From Octopus sinensis (lineage: Eukaryota), in the NCBI RefSeq assembly GCF_006345805.1, contig NC_043016.1:16740001-16804000 (forward strand): a stretch of DNA of 64,000 nt. Reading direction: 5' to 3'. Below, piece after piece: positions 35,799-48,083 of the stretch. The notes below the pieces were generated by a model. The model was not told the origin of the DNA, searched no databases, and was given only the letters and a program-made list of their open reading frames with translations. A program made the position numbers and the translations under genes. How positions within the stretch are numbered: the stretch's first letter is position 1; every line of letters starts with the position of its first letter.

Positions 35799-37560
35799 TA
35801 GAGAATATTAAAACAAACCCTAAAGCCTTCTTTAAATTTGCGAAAGAAACCACCTCGGTACACTGCAAGATTGGCCCACTCTTTGATAAAAAGGGCTCTC
35901 TAACTGAGGACCCCCAAGGGATACGTGAAATACTAAAGGAACAGTAGAAAAGTGTGTTCACATCCCCTCTGGGGCACATGCAAATCACAAACCCAGAAGT
36001 TTTCTTTGATGCCACAACACTCCAAAACCAAACAACAACCATCGACCACATAGACATAACAGAGAGGGATGTAATATCTGCCATAGAAGAAATGAGAATA
36101 AACTCAGCTGCTGGACCAGATGGATTCCCAGCAGTCCTCCTAAAAACATGCAGGCATGCCCTAGCAGGACCACTGAAGAAGCTCTTCAGTGGTTCCTGGC
36201 TAACGGTAAACTGCCCAGGCGCTAAAAGAAGGCACCATATGCCCTATCCACAAAGGAGGCAGTAGAGCAGAGGCCAAAAATACAGGCCAGTCTCCCTGAC
36301 GTCACACATAAGTAAGGTCATGGAACGAATCATCAGAAAAAAACTGATCACGTTCCTCGAAGAAACTAACCGTCTCACTGACACACAGCATGGCTTTCGC
36401 CCAGGAAGAAGCTGCCTTACGCAGCTGTTACAACACTACAACTGGGTACTGAAACAACTACTGGATCACTCACAGGTGGATGTGGTATATCTCGACTTTG
36501 CGAAGGCCTTTGACAAAGTCGACCACGGAGTGATATGTCACAAATTACTCAGACTCGGCATAACAGGAAAAGTAGGTGAGTGGATACATGACTTCCTGAA
36601 GGACAGAAGCCAGATGGTTGCAGCCAATGGAGCCCTCTCGGGAAAGACACCAATAGCAAGCAGGGTGCCACAGGGCACAGTCTTGGGACCCTTGCTGTTT
36701 TTGGTGGCGCTCTCTGACATGCCTTGGTAGCACAAACAACATCCCTCACTAGCTATGCTGATGACAAAGGTAGCACAGGCAATCAAAAACCCAGCTGATG
36801 CTGACCTTTTACAACAAATCTGGATGCCATATACAAATGGCTGAAGACAACAACATGCAATTTAATGCTGGTAAATTTCAAGCCTTACAATATCAAGCTG
36901 TAAACACATATACATTAAAACACAACTATACTGGTCCAGGAGGGATCGAAATCCCAGTATCGAAATCAATACGGGACCTGGGGATAGACATGAGTGACGA
37001 TGCATCTTTTTCTTCACACATCGCGAAGGTGGGACAATGTGCAAACGACTCACTGGCTGGATCCTGAGGACATTCTGGACAAGAGACTGCGAGACCATGT
37101 TGACACTATGGAGGACATTTGTCCTAAGCCGCCTGGACTACTGCTCCCAACTGTGGTCACCGCATAGTGTCAAACTAACCACAGAGCTTGAGACAATCCA
37201 AAGACATTTCACCAAGAGGATTTCCACCATGAAAGAAAAGAACTATTGGGAGAGGCTTAGGGAACTCAATTTGTACTCCTTGGAACGAAGACGAGAGAGA
37301 TATGCAGTGATATACATATGGAAAATCCTGGAGGGACTAGCACCAAATTTTGGAATTGAGAGCTGTTCCAATTACCGTACAGGACGTCACTGTGTGGTGC
37401 CAAAGGTCCCGTCTTCCACATCCAGGGTAAGGAGCAGATACTGTAATAGCCTGGGGTTCAGGGGCCCTCAGCTGTTCAACAAACTGCCAAGAAAACTAAG
37501 AGATCTACATGATGCGGATGTGGACATTTTCAAAAAACATCTAGACAAGCTGCTTTCCGG
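35799..37560 (+). mobile_element. 5'-truncated, decayed CR1-clade LINE ORF2 (copy A)
   Basis: [85 protein letters not shown]. Confidence 0.93.
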
Positions 37561-37660
37561 NNNNNNNNNNNNNNNNNNNNNNNNNNNNNNNNNNNNNNNN
37601 NNNNNNNNNNNNNNNNNNNNNNNNNNNNNNNNNNNNNNNNNNNNNNNNNNNNNNNNNNNN
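37561..37660. other. Assembly gap (100 N)
   Basis: Run of exactly 100 n; the true length is unknown. Confidence 0.99.
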
Positions 37661-38790
37661 GGGCCACTTCCATTAACACGCAAATAGTAAGCGGTGTTCC
37701 GCAGGGCACTGTTTTGGGACCACTACTGTTCATAATGGCGCTCTCAGAGATGCCCTCAGCCACGCAGAGAGCCATGATCACAAGTTATGCAGATGATACA
37801 AAAGTTTCACAGGCAATTCAGAACCCTGAAGACACTAAGCACCTGCAATGTGAGCTGGACAAAATATACAAGTGGGCTGAAAAGAATAGCATGCAGTTCA
37901 ATGCTGACAAGTTTCAAGCTTTATGCTATCAGCATGAAAAACTAAATGCAATACCCAATGAATACACTGGACCTGGAGGGATTGCACTCCCAGAGGCACA
38001 ATCAGTGCGAGACCTGGGTATTTACATGAGTGATGACGCAACCTTTCATGTACATGTTGCTAAATTGGCAATGAAATGTAGGCGGCTGACCGGATGGATT
38101 CTTAGAACCTTTAGAACAAGAGACCAAGAAACCATGATGGTCCTCTGGAGGACACTTGTCCTAAGCCACTTTGACTATTGCTTTCAGCTATGGTCACCAT
38201 CCAGTGTCAAGTTGATCACAGAACTTGAGGCGATCCAACGAAGCTACACGAAGAAGATAGCCTCTGTGCTGCATTAAAGCTACTGGGAAAGACTCAAGAG
38301 ATTAAAACTCTATTCCTTGGAGCATAGGCGAGAAAGATATGCCATAATATACATCTGGAAGATTCTGGAAGGACTTGTCCCAAACTTTGGCATCAAGAGT
38401 TACACAAATGCCAGAACTGGGCGCCACTGCGTGGTGCCAAGGACTCCAAATTTGCCATCAAGTTGTAGGACAAGATACTGTGATAGCCTGGGCTTCCGAG
38501 GCACACAGCTCTTCAATATCCTCCCGAAGGACCTGAGAGACCTGCATGGGGTGGATGCAGATGTCTTTAAAATAAAACTGGATCTCTTCCTGTCAGGTGT
38601 CCCGGATGAACCAACTTCACGGCAGAAGGTGCAGATGAGGGCAGCTGCATCGAACTCTCTCGTGCACCAAATGGCAGTTGCTAAAAAGCATTAGTGAAGT
38701 AAAATCATGTAGCAACACCAAATGGCGGTGCCCCAGCATGGCCACAGCTCGTGAGCTGAAACTAGATAAAATTAAATTAAAATAAATAAA
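37661..38790 (+). mobile_element. CR1-clade LINE 3' part (copy B, a different subfamily) with 3' UTR and (ATAAA)-type tail
   Basis: SGVPQGTVLGPLLF, YADDTK, LDYC.QLWSP, LERRRERY-like; ends GGCGGTGCCCCAGCATGGCCACAGCTCGTGAGCTGAAACTAG(ATAAA). Confidence 0.92.
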
Positions 38791-39600
38791 TGTATATATA
38801 TGTGTCTATATATGTTTGTGTGTGTGTGTATATATATATATATGTGTGTATTTATATATATGTGTATATATAAGTATATATATGTGTGTATTTATATATA
38901 TGTGTATATATAAGTAAATATATGTGTATATATGTGTACGTATATATATATGTATATATATGTGTGTGTATATATGTGTGTATATATATGTGTGTATATA
39001 TGTATATATGTGTGTCTGTATATATATAATATATATATATAATGTGTGTGTGTGTGTGTATATATATTGTGTGTGTGTATTATATATATGTGTGTGTGTG
39101 TGTATATATATGTGTGTGTGTGTGTATATATATGTGTGTGTGTGTGTATATATATGTATATATATATATGATATATATATATGTGTATATATATATGTTA
39201 TATCTATATATGTGTATATACACATATATATATACACATATATATATATACATATATCATCATCATCATCATGATGATGATGATGATATATGTATATATA
39301 TATATGTGTATATATATATGTGTATATATATATGTTATATATATATGTGTATATATATATGTATATATATATATAGTGTATATATATGTATATATATATG
39401 TGTATATATATGTATATATATATGTGTGTATATATATGTGTATATATATGTGTGTATATATGTGTATATATATGTGTGTATATATGTGTGTATATATATG
39501 GTATATATGTGTGTATATATATAGTGTATATATGTATATATATATATATATATATATGTTATATATATATGTGTGTATATATATGTATATATATATATAC
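38791..39600. repeat. TA/TG microsatellite with an embedded (CAT)n(GAT)n inversion point at about 39257-39286
   Basis: Direct inspection. Confidence 0.9.
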
Positions 39601-39745
39601 CGGAGGGTGACACTCTCCTACTTTGATGTAATCTCCATGGATACAGGCATCCAGCAACAGGACCTTCGTAATGCTATGATGGACCGTGAAGTTTGATGTA
39701 ACATAGTAAATTCCATTGTCTCGACCACGGTCAAAAAATGAATGA
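39601..39745 (+). mobile_element. 3' end of another RTE-like family
   Basis: Reads [28 protein letters not shown], followed by a (ATGA)n tail. Confidence 0.55.
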
Positions 39746-39833
39746 ATGACTGGCCAAGTGTCTTCTACTGTAGCCTTGGGCTGACCAAAACCTTTTGAGT
39801 GGATTTGGCAGACGGAAACTGAAAGAAGCCCAT

Positions 39834-39864
<31 letters not shown>

Positions 39865-40247
39865 GTGTGTGTGTTTGGGTGTCTGTTTGTCCCCACAACA
39901 TCGCTTGACAACCGGAGCTGGTGTGCTTACGTCCCTGTAACTTAGCGGTTTGGTAAAAGAGACCGATAGAACTAGGCTTACAAAGAATAAACCCTTGGTC
40001 AATTTGCTCGATTAAAGGCAGTACCCCAGCATGGCCGCAGTCAAATGACTGAAACAAGTAAAAGAGCATGTGTTTAAAATTGTGCATGCCCTGATTTGAA
40101 CACACATACGCATGCGCAATGCGGTCCAAGCGACTCTGCATTTTGACTTTCTTTCATACGTTTGTCACTTTTCTCTGCGTCTGTCTGTATGTCCCTCTCT
40201 CTCTCACTCTCTCTCTCCTCTTCTTTCAATGATTCTAACCCAAACAG

Positions 40248-40349
40248 GAGCGAGAGACGTTCGCGGGACATATCAGCGCCCTTCTCATTCAGTCACATTG
40301 CTCACATGCGTCCAGATCAAGTTTTGCCTGCCCCAGCTGTAGCTAACCT
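40248..40349 (+). CDS. MRCK: Putative cassette exon encoding an extra CRIB-like motif: (G)SERRSRDISAPFSFSHIAHMRPDQVLPAPAVAN(L)
   Basis: (CT)n pyrimidine tract then aaacAG acceptor, CT|GTAAGC donor, 102 nt, symmetric phase 2 to 2. Paralogous to exon 44188-44302 (ERRSR.IS.P..FSHIAH..PDQ). Confidence 0.78.
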
Positions 40350-40384
40350 GTAAGCATTTTACCTTGAAAAGCTGACTTTGTGCT

Positions 40385-40550
40385 ACACTCCATCATCATC
40401 ATCATTATTATTATTATTACTATTATTATTATTATTTTTATTATTATTACTATTATTATTATTATTATTGCTATTGATTTTATTATTATTACTGTTATTA
40501 TTATTATTTTTATTATTACTATATTATTACTATTATTTTTATTATATTAC

Positions 40551-40586
<36 letters not shown>

Positions 40587-40885
40587 TATTATTATTAGTA
40601 TTATTAGTATTATTACTACTATTATTATTATTATTATCATTATTATTATTTTTATTATTATTATTGTTATTATTATTATTATTATTATTACTATTATTAT
40701 TATTATTACTATTATTATTATTATTATATTACTATTATTATTACTATTATTATTATTATATTATTATTACTATTATTATTACTATTATTATTATTATTAT
40801 TATTATTACTATTATTACTATTATTATTATTATTATTACTATTATTTTTATTATATTACTATTATTATTATTATTACTGCTGCTG
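40385..40885. repeat. (ATT/ACT)n microsatellite, about 500 bp
   Basis: Direct inspection; starts about 35 nt after the putative CRIB cassette donor. Confidence 0.95.
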
Positions 40886-41074
40886 CTAATTGGTGGATTC
40901 TGGTGTTGTTTCGTAAAACTTTATCTGTTTTGTTTCGTTTTTGCCTTTCTTTTATTACTGTTTATTTTTGAGGCAGTGACTTTTGTGGTATTTCATTCTT
41001 TCAGGGTCAATGAAATAAGTATCCGTTAAGAAATGGGGTTAATGTAATCAACCAACCCCTAACCAAGAATATCA

Positions 41075-41560
41075 TCATCATTCTTATTATTATTATTGCG
41101 TGAGAGAACAGTGCATGCCATCAAAGTGACACTGGGGTAAAATATACGAAGCCCAGTATACCCATCATGACTACCTGTCTGATAAGGGTATACCAGGCAC
41201 ATGCATCACAACCATATGTGCTCGACATGGTGATCTCATATCAAGAGAAACAGTGCAGGTGGGGCCCAGTTAGAATCTTCTCAAAAGGTTCCTCAATAAG
41301 GGTTGTTAAAGGAGGATGTTTCCTGAGGTGAATTATCCAAATTCCAAAGAATTCCTCCCAACACATGGCTATGATGCTACCCCACTGCTCCTGCTCATAA
41401 TCAGAGATGGACATATTGTCATGCTCAACTGGTTATGGTCAAATCTGTTATATTAAACAGAATATTTGCTGTAGCCCATCTTTTATCCGAGGACAAATCA
41501 TGTACATGATAACACTTCCAATCAATTAAGATCGGAAGCCAGGAGATCCACTGCCTGGTT
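41075..41560 (-). repeat. Interspersed repeat with an (AAT)n-type tail, probably a retroelement 3' part
   Basis: GC-richer block bounded by an ATT run; family not identified. Confidence 0.35.
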
Positions 41561-41749
41561 ATCAATCAGGACTTAATTATTGTGAAGTGGTGAGCTGGTA
41601 AAACCATTCGGATACCAGACAAAATGTTTACTGGCATTTTGTTCATCTGTGCATTCTGAGCTGAAATTCCAGAGGTCAACTTTATCATCCTTTCAGGACC
41701 GATAACATAAAAATACCACACAGTCACTCCTGTGCTTACATATATATAT

Positions 41750-41814
<65 letters not shown>

Positions 41815-42267
41815 CATACATACACGATGGGCTTCTTTCAGTTTCTGTCTACCAAATCCACTCACAAGGCTTTGGTTGGCCCGAGGCTATAGTAGAGGAC
41901 ACTTGCCCAAAGTGCCATGCAGTGGGACTGAACCTGGAACCATGTGGTTGGTAAGCAAGCTACTTACCACACAGCCACTCCTGCACCTTAGGTCAATGTA
42001 ATCAACTCATCCCCACTCCAAAACTACTGGCCTTCTGCCCACTTCTGGACAGCATGCATTATTTCATTTCATGTTAATTTCTTTTCCATTTTCTTTTAAA
42101 TATCCTTTTCTGCTATTTTTGTTTCCTTTGCATGTAAATCTTCCATTTTTTTGTCTGCTTTTTAATGCTTCTTTATTATTTTTTTCCTCTGATGCTTGTT
42201 TTATTTTCGTTTCAAGCTTTATAAATAATTTAATTAACAATTAGCATGTTTTATTGCTTATTTCACT

Positions 42268-42628
42268 TACCATATATCCTTGAATATAATCCGCATTTTC
42301 TTCCCCAAATTTAAAGGTCAAAATCCCTAGTGTGTATTATATACGAGGTTAAAAATGAAAGATATTTTCTAAGCAATGTCTGAGTCCCTATTTGCTGTCC
42401 GGCAATGTTTATTCAGACACATATAACAATTAAGAACATCACCATTATTGTATCACACATGCACGGAGGTGTTTGTGCGACTAGGTGCTGCTGGCTTAAT
42501 TACGCATGACTCAAGTTAGAGAAGGGGTGCATATTATACACAGAGTTTAAGTTTTACAGTGGTACAGCCCCCTATAAATCCCCTGCATATTATACTCAAG
42601 GGCGGACTATACTCGAGGATTTATGGTA
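42268..42628 (-). mobile_element. Internally deleted pogo/Tc2 MITE with both TIRs
   Basis: TA-CCATATATCCTTGAATATAA ... TATACTCGAGGATTTATGG-TA. Confidence 0.85.
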
Positions 42629-42689
42629 TTTTATTTTGTATCAAAAACAGCCTACATTTAAAGCAGAGGCCACTTTTCTGTCAGTTCTT

Positions 42690-43030
42690 TGATCCCACAC
42701 TTGTACTACAAAGTGAAGAACCCCTCCAGTGAAGCTCCACTTCTTGTTGGTTCACAAAGTGTCACAAGCATAAGCAGTGAGCCATCAACCACAATAGCCC
42801 AAGGGAAATATTTTTCAGCAGTCCTTAATGCGCATAAGCAGTGGTTAAGTAAGAGCCAGTTACCAAGCAATTTGAACACAAAGGGATGCTCTGCATCTGG
42901 TGGATTTATGACAGGATGCTTCACCAGGAATCCTTTCTGGATGGTCAAACCATCAATGTCCACCTCTACCCCGAACAGCTGGAGCAGATGTATGTTATTG
43001 TGGGGCAGAAATACTTAACATTGGTTAACA
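42690..43030 (+). mobile_element. Degenerate mariner transposase fragment
   Basis: Frame reading KGMLCIWW...GQTINVHLYPEQL resembles mariner KVMLCVWW...GQTINADLYCQQL. Confidence 0.6.
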
Positions 43031-44187
43031 AAAACTGATGGCTTACTTCCTGTGATCACAATACTTCATCGACCAAGAGTGAATTAGTTCTTCCCTCAAA
43101 GGACCAATTTTCCGGAACCTCCATATCCAAAAACGGGGATTTTTGCCCCCCAAAAATTACAAAAATAAACAAATTTTGGAGAAAATGAGGGGTAGGGGAC
43201 GACCGGAAGTCTTTCCAACAATTTGTACACAAAGGGATACTCTGCAAGACAACACAATACTTCATACCACTTCATTGACCAGGAATACACACCAGGATCT
43301 TGATGGAATGGTACTAATTCCATGGCTTATTTCCTCGGATCACAATACTTCATCGACCAAGAGTGAATTAGTTCTTCCCTCAAAGGACCAGGACTGGGTT
43401 AGGGTTCACTTCAAAGGACAGGGACTGGTATCAACATGGGATCAAAGAACTAGCAGAAATGATCCAACCTGATGGCCTCTACTTTGAATGCTCGACTTGA
43501 TGGATAAAGGAAATAAGTTATCAAAATCTTGAAAAACTTTCAACTTAACACTTTAGAATTCGGCAAAATAAAATGATTTTGTATGTTACATTGATAATGT
43601 TTTTTCTATACAACTTCTCTTGCAGAATTTGATTTAAATAATTTAGAATTAATTTTAACATATTATGGTATTGCTTCATGTAAAGTTTGTATTTTGTAAT
43701 GATTAATAAAATACCTTTTAAGTTATCTTTATAAAGTTTGTATAAAATTTAGAGCCAACAAATACATCTTTGTAAACAATGTGATCAAAGATGGAAAAAG
43801 TAGGTAAAGTGTGTATATACATATTTTAAAAGTTATTACGCTTTCATTAGTACCACTTCCAACCCATCAACTATCTACAAGCACATTGCGTAGATACCTA
43901 CTATGTTTAGTGGTGTAATGTTATTCGATAAACTAATTTACATATCTAACACATTCTTAGCAACTGATACATATTAATGTCTTGTAGGAATGTGGTATTT
44001 CATTATGTAACCATAATATTCTACAAAGTATATTAAATGCTTTATAATTCAGAACTGTGTTCTTCTGTGTTAGCAGTGCTATTAAATCACTTTGAAGTTC
44101 ATTTTTACAGACTTTTCATAGAATTTAAAGCCAGAATTAATTACAGAAAACTAGCATAGCAATGGTATCTTGAAATTTCCTTTTCAG

Positions 44188-44302
44188 AATTGAAAGGCGG
44201 TCTCGTATCATTTCACCCCCTATCAACTTCAGCCATATTGCTCATCTGGGCCCAGATCAGGGAATGCAAGCATTGATAGGTCTTCCAACTGGACAAAGAC
44301 AG
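44188..44302 (+). CDS. MRCK: MRCK CRIB exon: (G)IERRSRIISPPINFSHIAHLGPDQGMQALIGLPTGQRQ
   Basis: ttttcAG / GTAATT, 115 nt, phase 2 to 0. Canonical CRIB ISxPxxFxHxxHxG. Confidence 0.96.
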
Positions 44303-45042
44303 GTAATTTTGGTTTCTTTTTGAGTTTTTTTTTGTTATTCTGTTGTCTTTCATTGAATTGTCTTTATTATTATTATTATCTGATTTCTACTCTTCCATGT
44401 GCTTGTATGGGTTGGTGAGTTTATTTGAGGCAGATTTTCTATAGCCTGATGCTCTCCGTTTCCATCTTCATTGACTAGCATCAGTTTTTCTTGCTGTCAT
44501 GGATCGGACGGTTTCACAGGAACTGGTCAACAAGAGTTTCACCAGGTTCCAGTTGTTTGTTACGACATGATTTCTATGACTTTCTTGATGTCAACCACTT
44601 TTAAGAATGTGCTGGATGTTTATTGCATTGCACTAGCATGGGTACCTTTCATGGGGCACCAGGGCAGGTATCTTTTATGTGGTGTCAGTGTGGGTACATT
44701 TTACAAGACCCCAGCACCAAGGTAATATTTCTTGTTGACCAGACATACAATGTGTACATTAAATTACCTTTAAAAGATGAGAAAAGTGAAGAATAAAAAT
44801 AAATTGGCAGACGAGATTAGAAAGCATAGGCTGACAAATAAAGTTTTATTAGAATTAATGGATCTCAGCTTTAATAGAAACAATTTGCAAAAGTTGTAAA
44901 AATAATTAATGAACACTCTCTTTATTGAGCCAGATTTTCTATGACTGGATGCCTTTCCTGTTGCCAACCCTCATTAATGATGATGAGATATAATATCATC
45001 ATTTCAACATCGATATTTTCCAAGCTTTCAGATTGAGTTTAT

Positions 45043-46340
45043 TTAAGCCCTTAATGGATTATCCCGAGTTTACTCATGCATCACAAATGTATCTTTTTAG
45101 AACCAGCATGAATATACTCAGTCAAAATACATCATCATCGTTTAACATCTACTTTCCATGCTAGCATGGGTTGGACGATTTGACTGAGGACTGGTTAACC
45201 AGATGGCTGCACCAGGCTCCAATCTTGATCTGGCAGTTTCTACAGCTGGATGCCCTTCCTTTTAACACCAACCTCTCCAAGAATGTAGTGGGTGCTTTTA
45301 CATGCCACTGGCACGAGGGCCAGTCTGGCAGTACTAGCAACGGCAACACTCAAATGGTGCTTTTTATTTGCCACCTGCACAGGAGCCAGTCCAGCGGCAC
45401 TGGCAACAACCTTGCTCGAATGTTTTTTCATGTGCCACCAGCACAAGTGCCAGTAAGGCGATGTAGGTAACGATCATGCTCGAATGGAGTTTTTACATGC
45501 CATTGGTTCGGAGGCCAACTTGTTGCTCTGGCAACGATCTCGTTCATATGGTGTACTCTTAGCGCTCAACTAGCACGGATGCCACTCATTAATAACTTTT
45601 AATTTTAGTACTCAAACGAGTTTATTCGTTTTGTGTCGTTTCATTTTTGAGCAATCACGAATTTACTCGCATTGTTAAAAAAAAGTATTTTATCATTCGA
45701 TGGATTTGGCTATCTGGAATAATTATGTTTTGTATAAAGCATCCTTGGAAACTTCAGCTTCTGTTATGAAACTGCTGAAATTTAGAATGCAAATAATCAC
45801 CAAGATTATTGAAAAATATAGGCCCTTATTGCCTCCCACGAAACCAGGAAAACCATCATCAATCAGATTTGCCCCAGCTGGTCACTTTCCCATGGAAATA
45901 CCACCAAGTGATAAGAAAAAGAACCCTTGAAGACAGTGTGCAAAATGCGCAGAGAAGAGAGATGCTAAAGGAAAGAAGATTCAAAGAGAAAGCAGATACA
46001 TGTGTGATGTCTGCAAGATAACTTTGTGTGTAACTCCTTGTTTTCAAAATTATCATTCTAAATAAACTGTATATCTCATTTTTTAAAAATTTTCCTTTCA
46101 TTTAAAAGCAAAACATCTTAGAAAGAAATCAAAGATCGTTAAGTTGTATGTACTTTTTCAATGTCCGAGTAAACTCGCTTAAATCCAAATGAGTAAAAGT
46201 ACATTTTAATTTCTATAATAAAAAAAAAAAACAACCTATTTTTTGTAATTAACACAGTGTGTATAATTAAAAAAGGAAATAAATAAATATACTCTGAAAC
46301 GAAACACCATGTCAAAATAATTGATCCATTAAGGGGATAA
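45043..46340 (+). mobile_element. Complete non-autonomous piggyBac with an RTE 3'-UTR insertion (45130 to about 45590)
   Basis: TTAA-GCCCTTAATGGATTATCCCGAG left end; CCATTAAGGGG-ATAA right end; transposase C-terminal ORF 45700-45930. Confidence 0.88.
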
Positions 46341-46443
46341 GGCAGATTTTGTACGGTAAGATGCCTCAAATTATCGCCATCAAAACCATACAGGCACGAC
46401 AAAGTGAACATTAAAATAATGGTAATAAAATTCTTACTTTCAG

Positions 46444-46594
46444 CCTGGAGACAAGTCTGACGAACAAATCAAAAAAGTGCGCAATTTGATGCAACCGAGT
46501 ATGAAACAGTTGCAAGAACAAATGCGAGGTGCAGGCGGCAAGCCAGCAGCAAGTAGCGGCACTGGTAGTGCTTGCGGAGATTCACATTTTAATG
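46444..46594 (+). CDS. MRCK: MRCK C-terminal tail exon: PGDKSDEQIKKVRNLMQPSMKQLQEQMRGAGGKPAASSGTGSACGDSHFN
   Basis: actttcAG / GTAAAT, 151 nt open frame, phase 0 to 1, GC-richer than the intron and phase-compatible with both neighbours. No recognisable domain. Confidence 0.8.
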
Positions 46595-46684
46595 GTAAAT
46601 ACAACACATGATGTTTTAAATCTTTCCTCATGTTTACTTAATGCTACTCCCAGACCAAAGCCTCTCTTTCTAGGTTTACGGTCT

Positions 46685-47225
46685 TTCACTTATTTCAGTC
46701 ATTTCACTGCGGCCATGCTGGAGCACTGTCTTTAGTCGAGCAAATCTACCCCAGGACTTATTCTTTGGAACCCTAGTACCTATTCTACCAGTCTCTTTGG
46801 CCGAACCGCTAAGTTATGGGGAGGTAAACACACCAGCATTTGTTGTCAAGCGATGTTAGGGGCACAAACACATACATATACATATATATGACGGGCTTCT
46901 TTCAGTTTTTGTCTACCAAACCCACTCACAAAGTTATGGTCGGCCTGAGGCTATAAGTAGAAGACACTTACCCAAGGTACCACGCAGTGGGAATGAACCC
47001 GGAACCATGTGGTTGGTAAGCTACCTACAGCACAGCCACTCCTGCACCTATATATATATATATACGACAGGCTTCTTTTAGTTTCCGTCTACCAAATCCA
47101 CTCACAAGGCTGTGGTCAGCCAAAGGCTATAGTAGAAGACACTTGCCCAAAGTGACACACATTGGGACTGAACCTTGAACCATGTGGCTGGTAAGCAAGC
47201 TACTTACTACACAGCCACTCCTGTG

Positions 47226-47271
<46 letters not shown>

Positions 47272-47436
47272 CACGACAGGCTTCTTTCAGTTTCCGTCTA
47301 CCAAATCCACTCACAATGCTTTGCTTGGCCTGAGGCTATAGTAGAAGACACTTGCCCAAGGTGTCACGCAGTGGGACTGAACCCGGAACCATGTGGGTGC
47401 TAAGCAAGCTACTTACCACACAGTCACTCCTGCGCC

Positions 47437-47470
<34 letters not shown>

Positions 47471-47640
47471 TATATATAATGGGCTTCTTTCAATTTCCTT
47501 CTACCAAATCCTCTCACATGGCTTTGGCCGGCCTGAGCCTATAGTAGAAAACACTTGCCGAAAATGCCATGCAGTGGGACTGAACCCACAACCATGTGGT
47601 TGGTAAGCAAGCTACTTACCACACAGCAATTCCTGCGACT
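46685..47640 (-). mobile_element. One SINE A plus three additional SINE A 5'-halves chained through (TA)n runs
   Basis: Repeated GAC.GGCTTCTTTCAGTTTCC...ACCACACAGCCACTCCTG at about 46890, 47065, 47272, 47478. Confidence 0.88.
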
Positions 47641-47689
47641 ACATTTGTAATTTTTTTAAAGGACATTTTGTATTTTATTTTTGATATAG

Positions 47690-47859
47690 GGACTGGTGTA
47701 AGAGACCGTGATTCTCCTCATAGAGTTTGGCAGCAAACCCCTCCAAGCCGGCCTTTGTCTTCCATCACATCAGTTTCACCTGGAGATAACACTTCTATTT
47801 CTTCACAAGAGCAGACAAATACTTTGGATTCCTTAAATACATTTAAGACAACATTAGAG
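47690..47859 (+). CDS. MRCK: MRCK C-terminal tail exon: (G)TGVRDRDSPHRVWQQTPPSRPLSSITSVSPGDNTSISSQEQTNTLDSLNTFKTTLE
   Basis: tttgatatAG / GTGAGA, 170 nt, phase 1 to 0. Ser/Pro-rich, lies inside ORF-track 47596-48003. Confidence 0.8.
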
Positions 47860-48042
47860 GTGAGATCCTTGTTTCTGTGTCCTTTAAACCATCTGATTTT
47901 TAGATTTTTTTTTTTTATCAAGTATCCATGTTCCATGCTGGCTTGGGTTGGGGGCAGGAGGTTTGACAATAGTCTAGTATGTCAGAGGGACTTGAACGTA
48001 TGATAAACAAACAGTAACAGTTTGAATATATATATGTATATA

Positions 48043-48083
<41 letters not shown>

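Noticed and set aside
32201-35947. Long ORFs of 100-354 aa rich in Y/I/M/C/V/H/T (also 8679-9422, 19341-19824, 38806-39696, 40378-41029)
   Set aside because: They are translations of TA/TG/TATG/ATT microsatellites that happen to lack stops. Only the last about 48 codons of 34883-35947 are real (CR1 ORF2).
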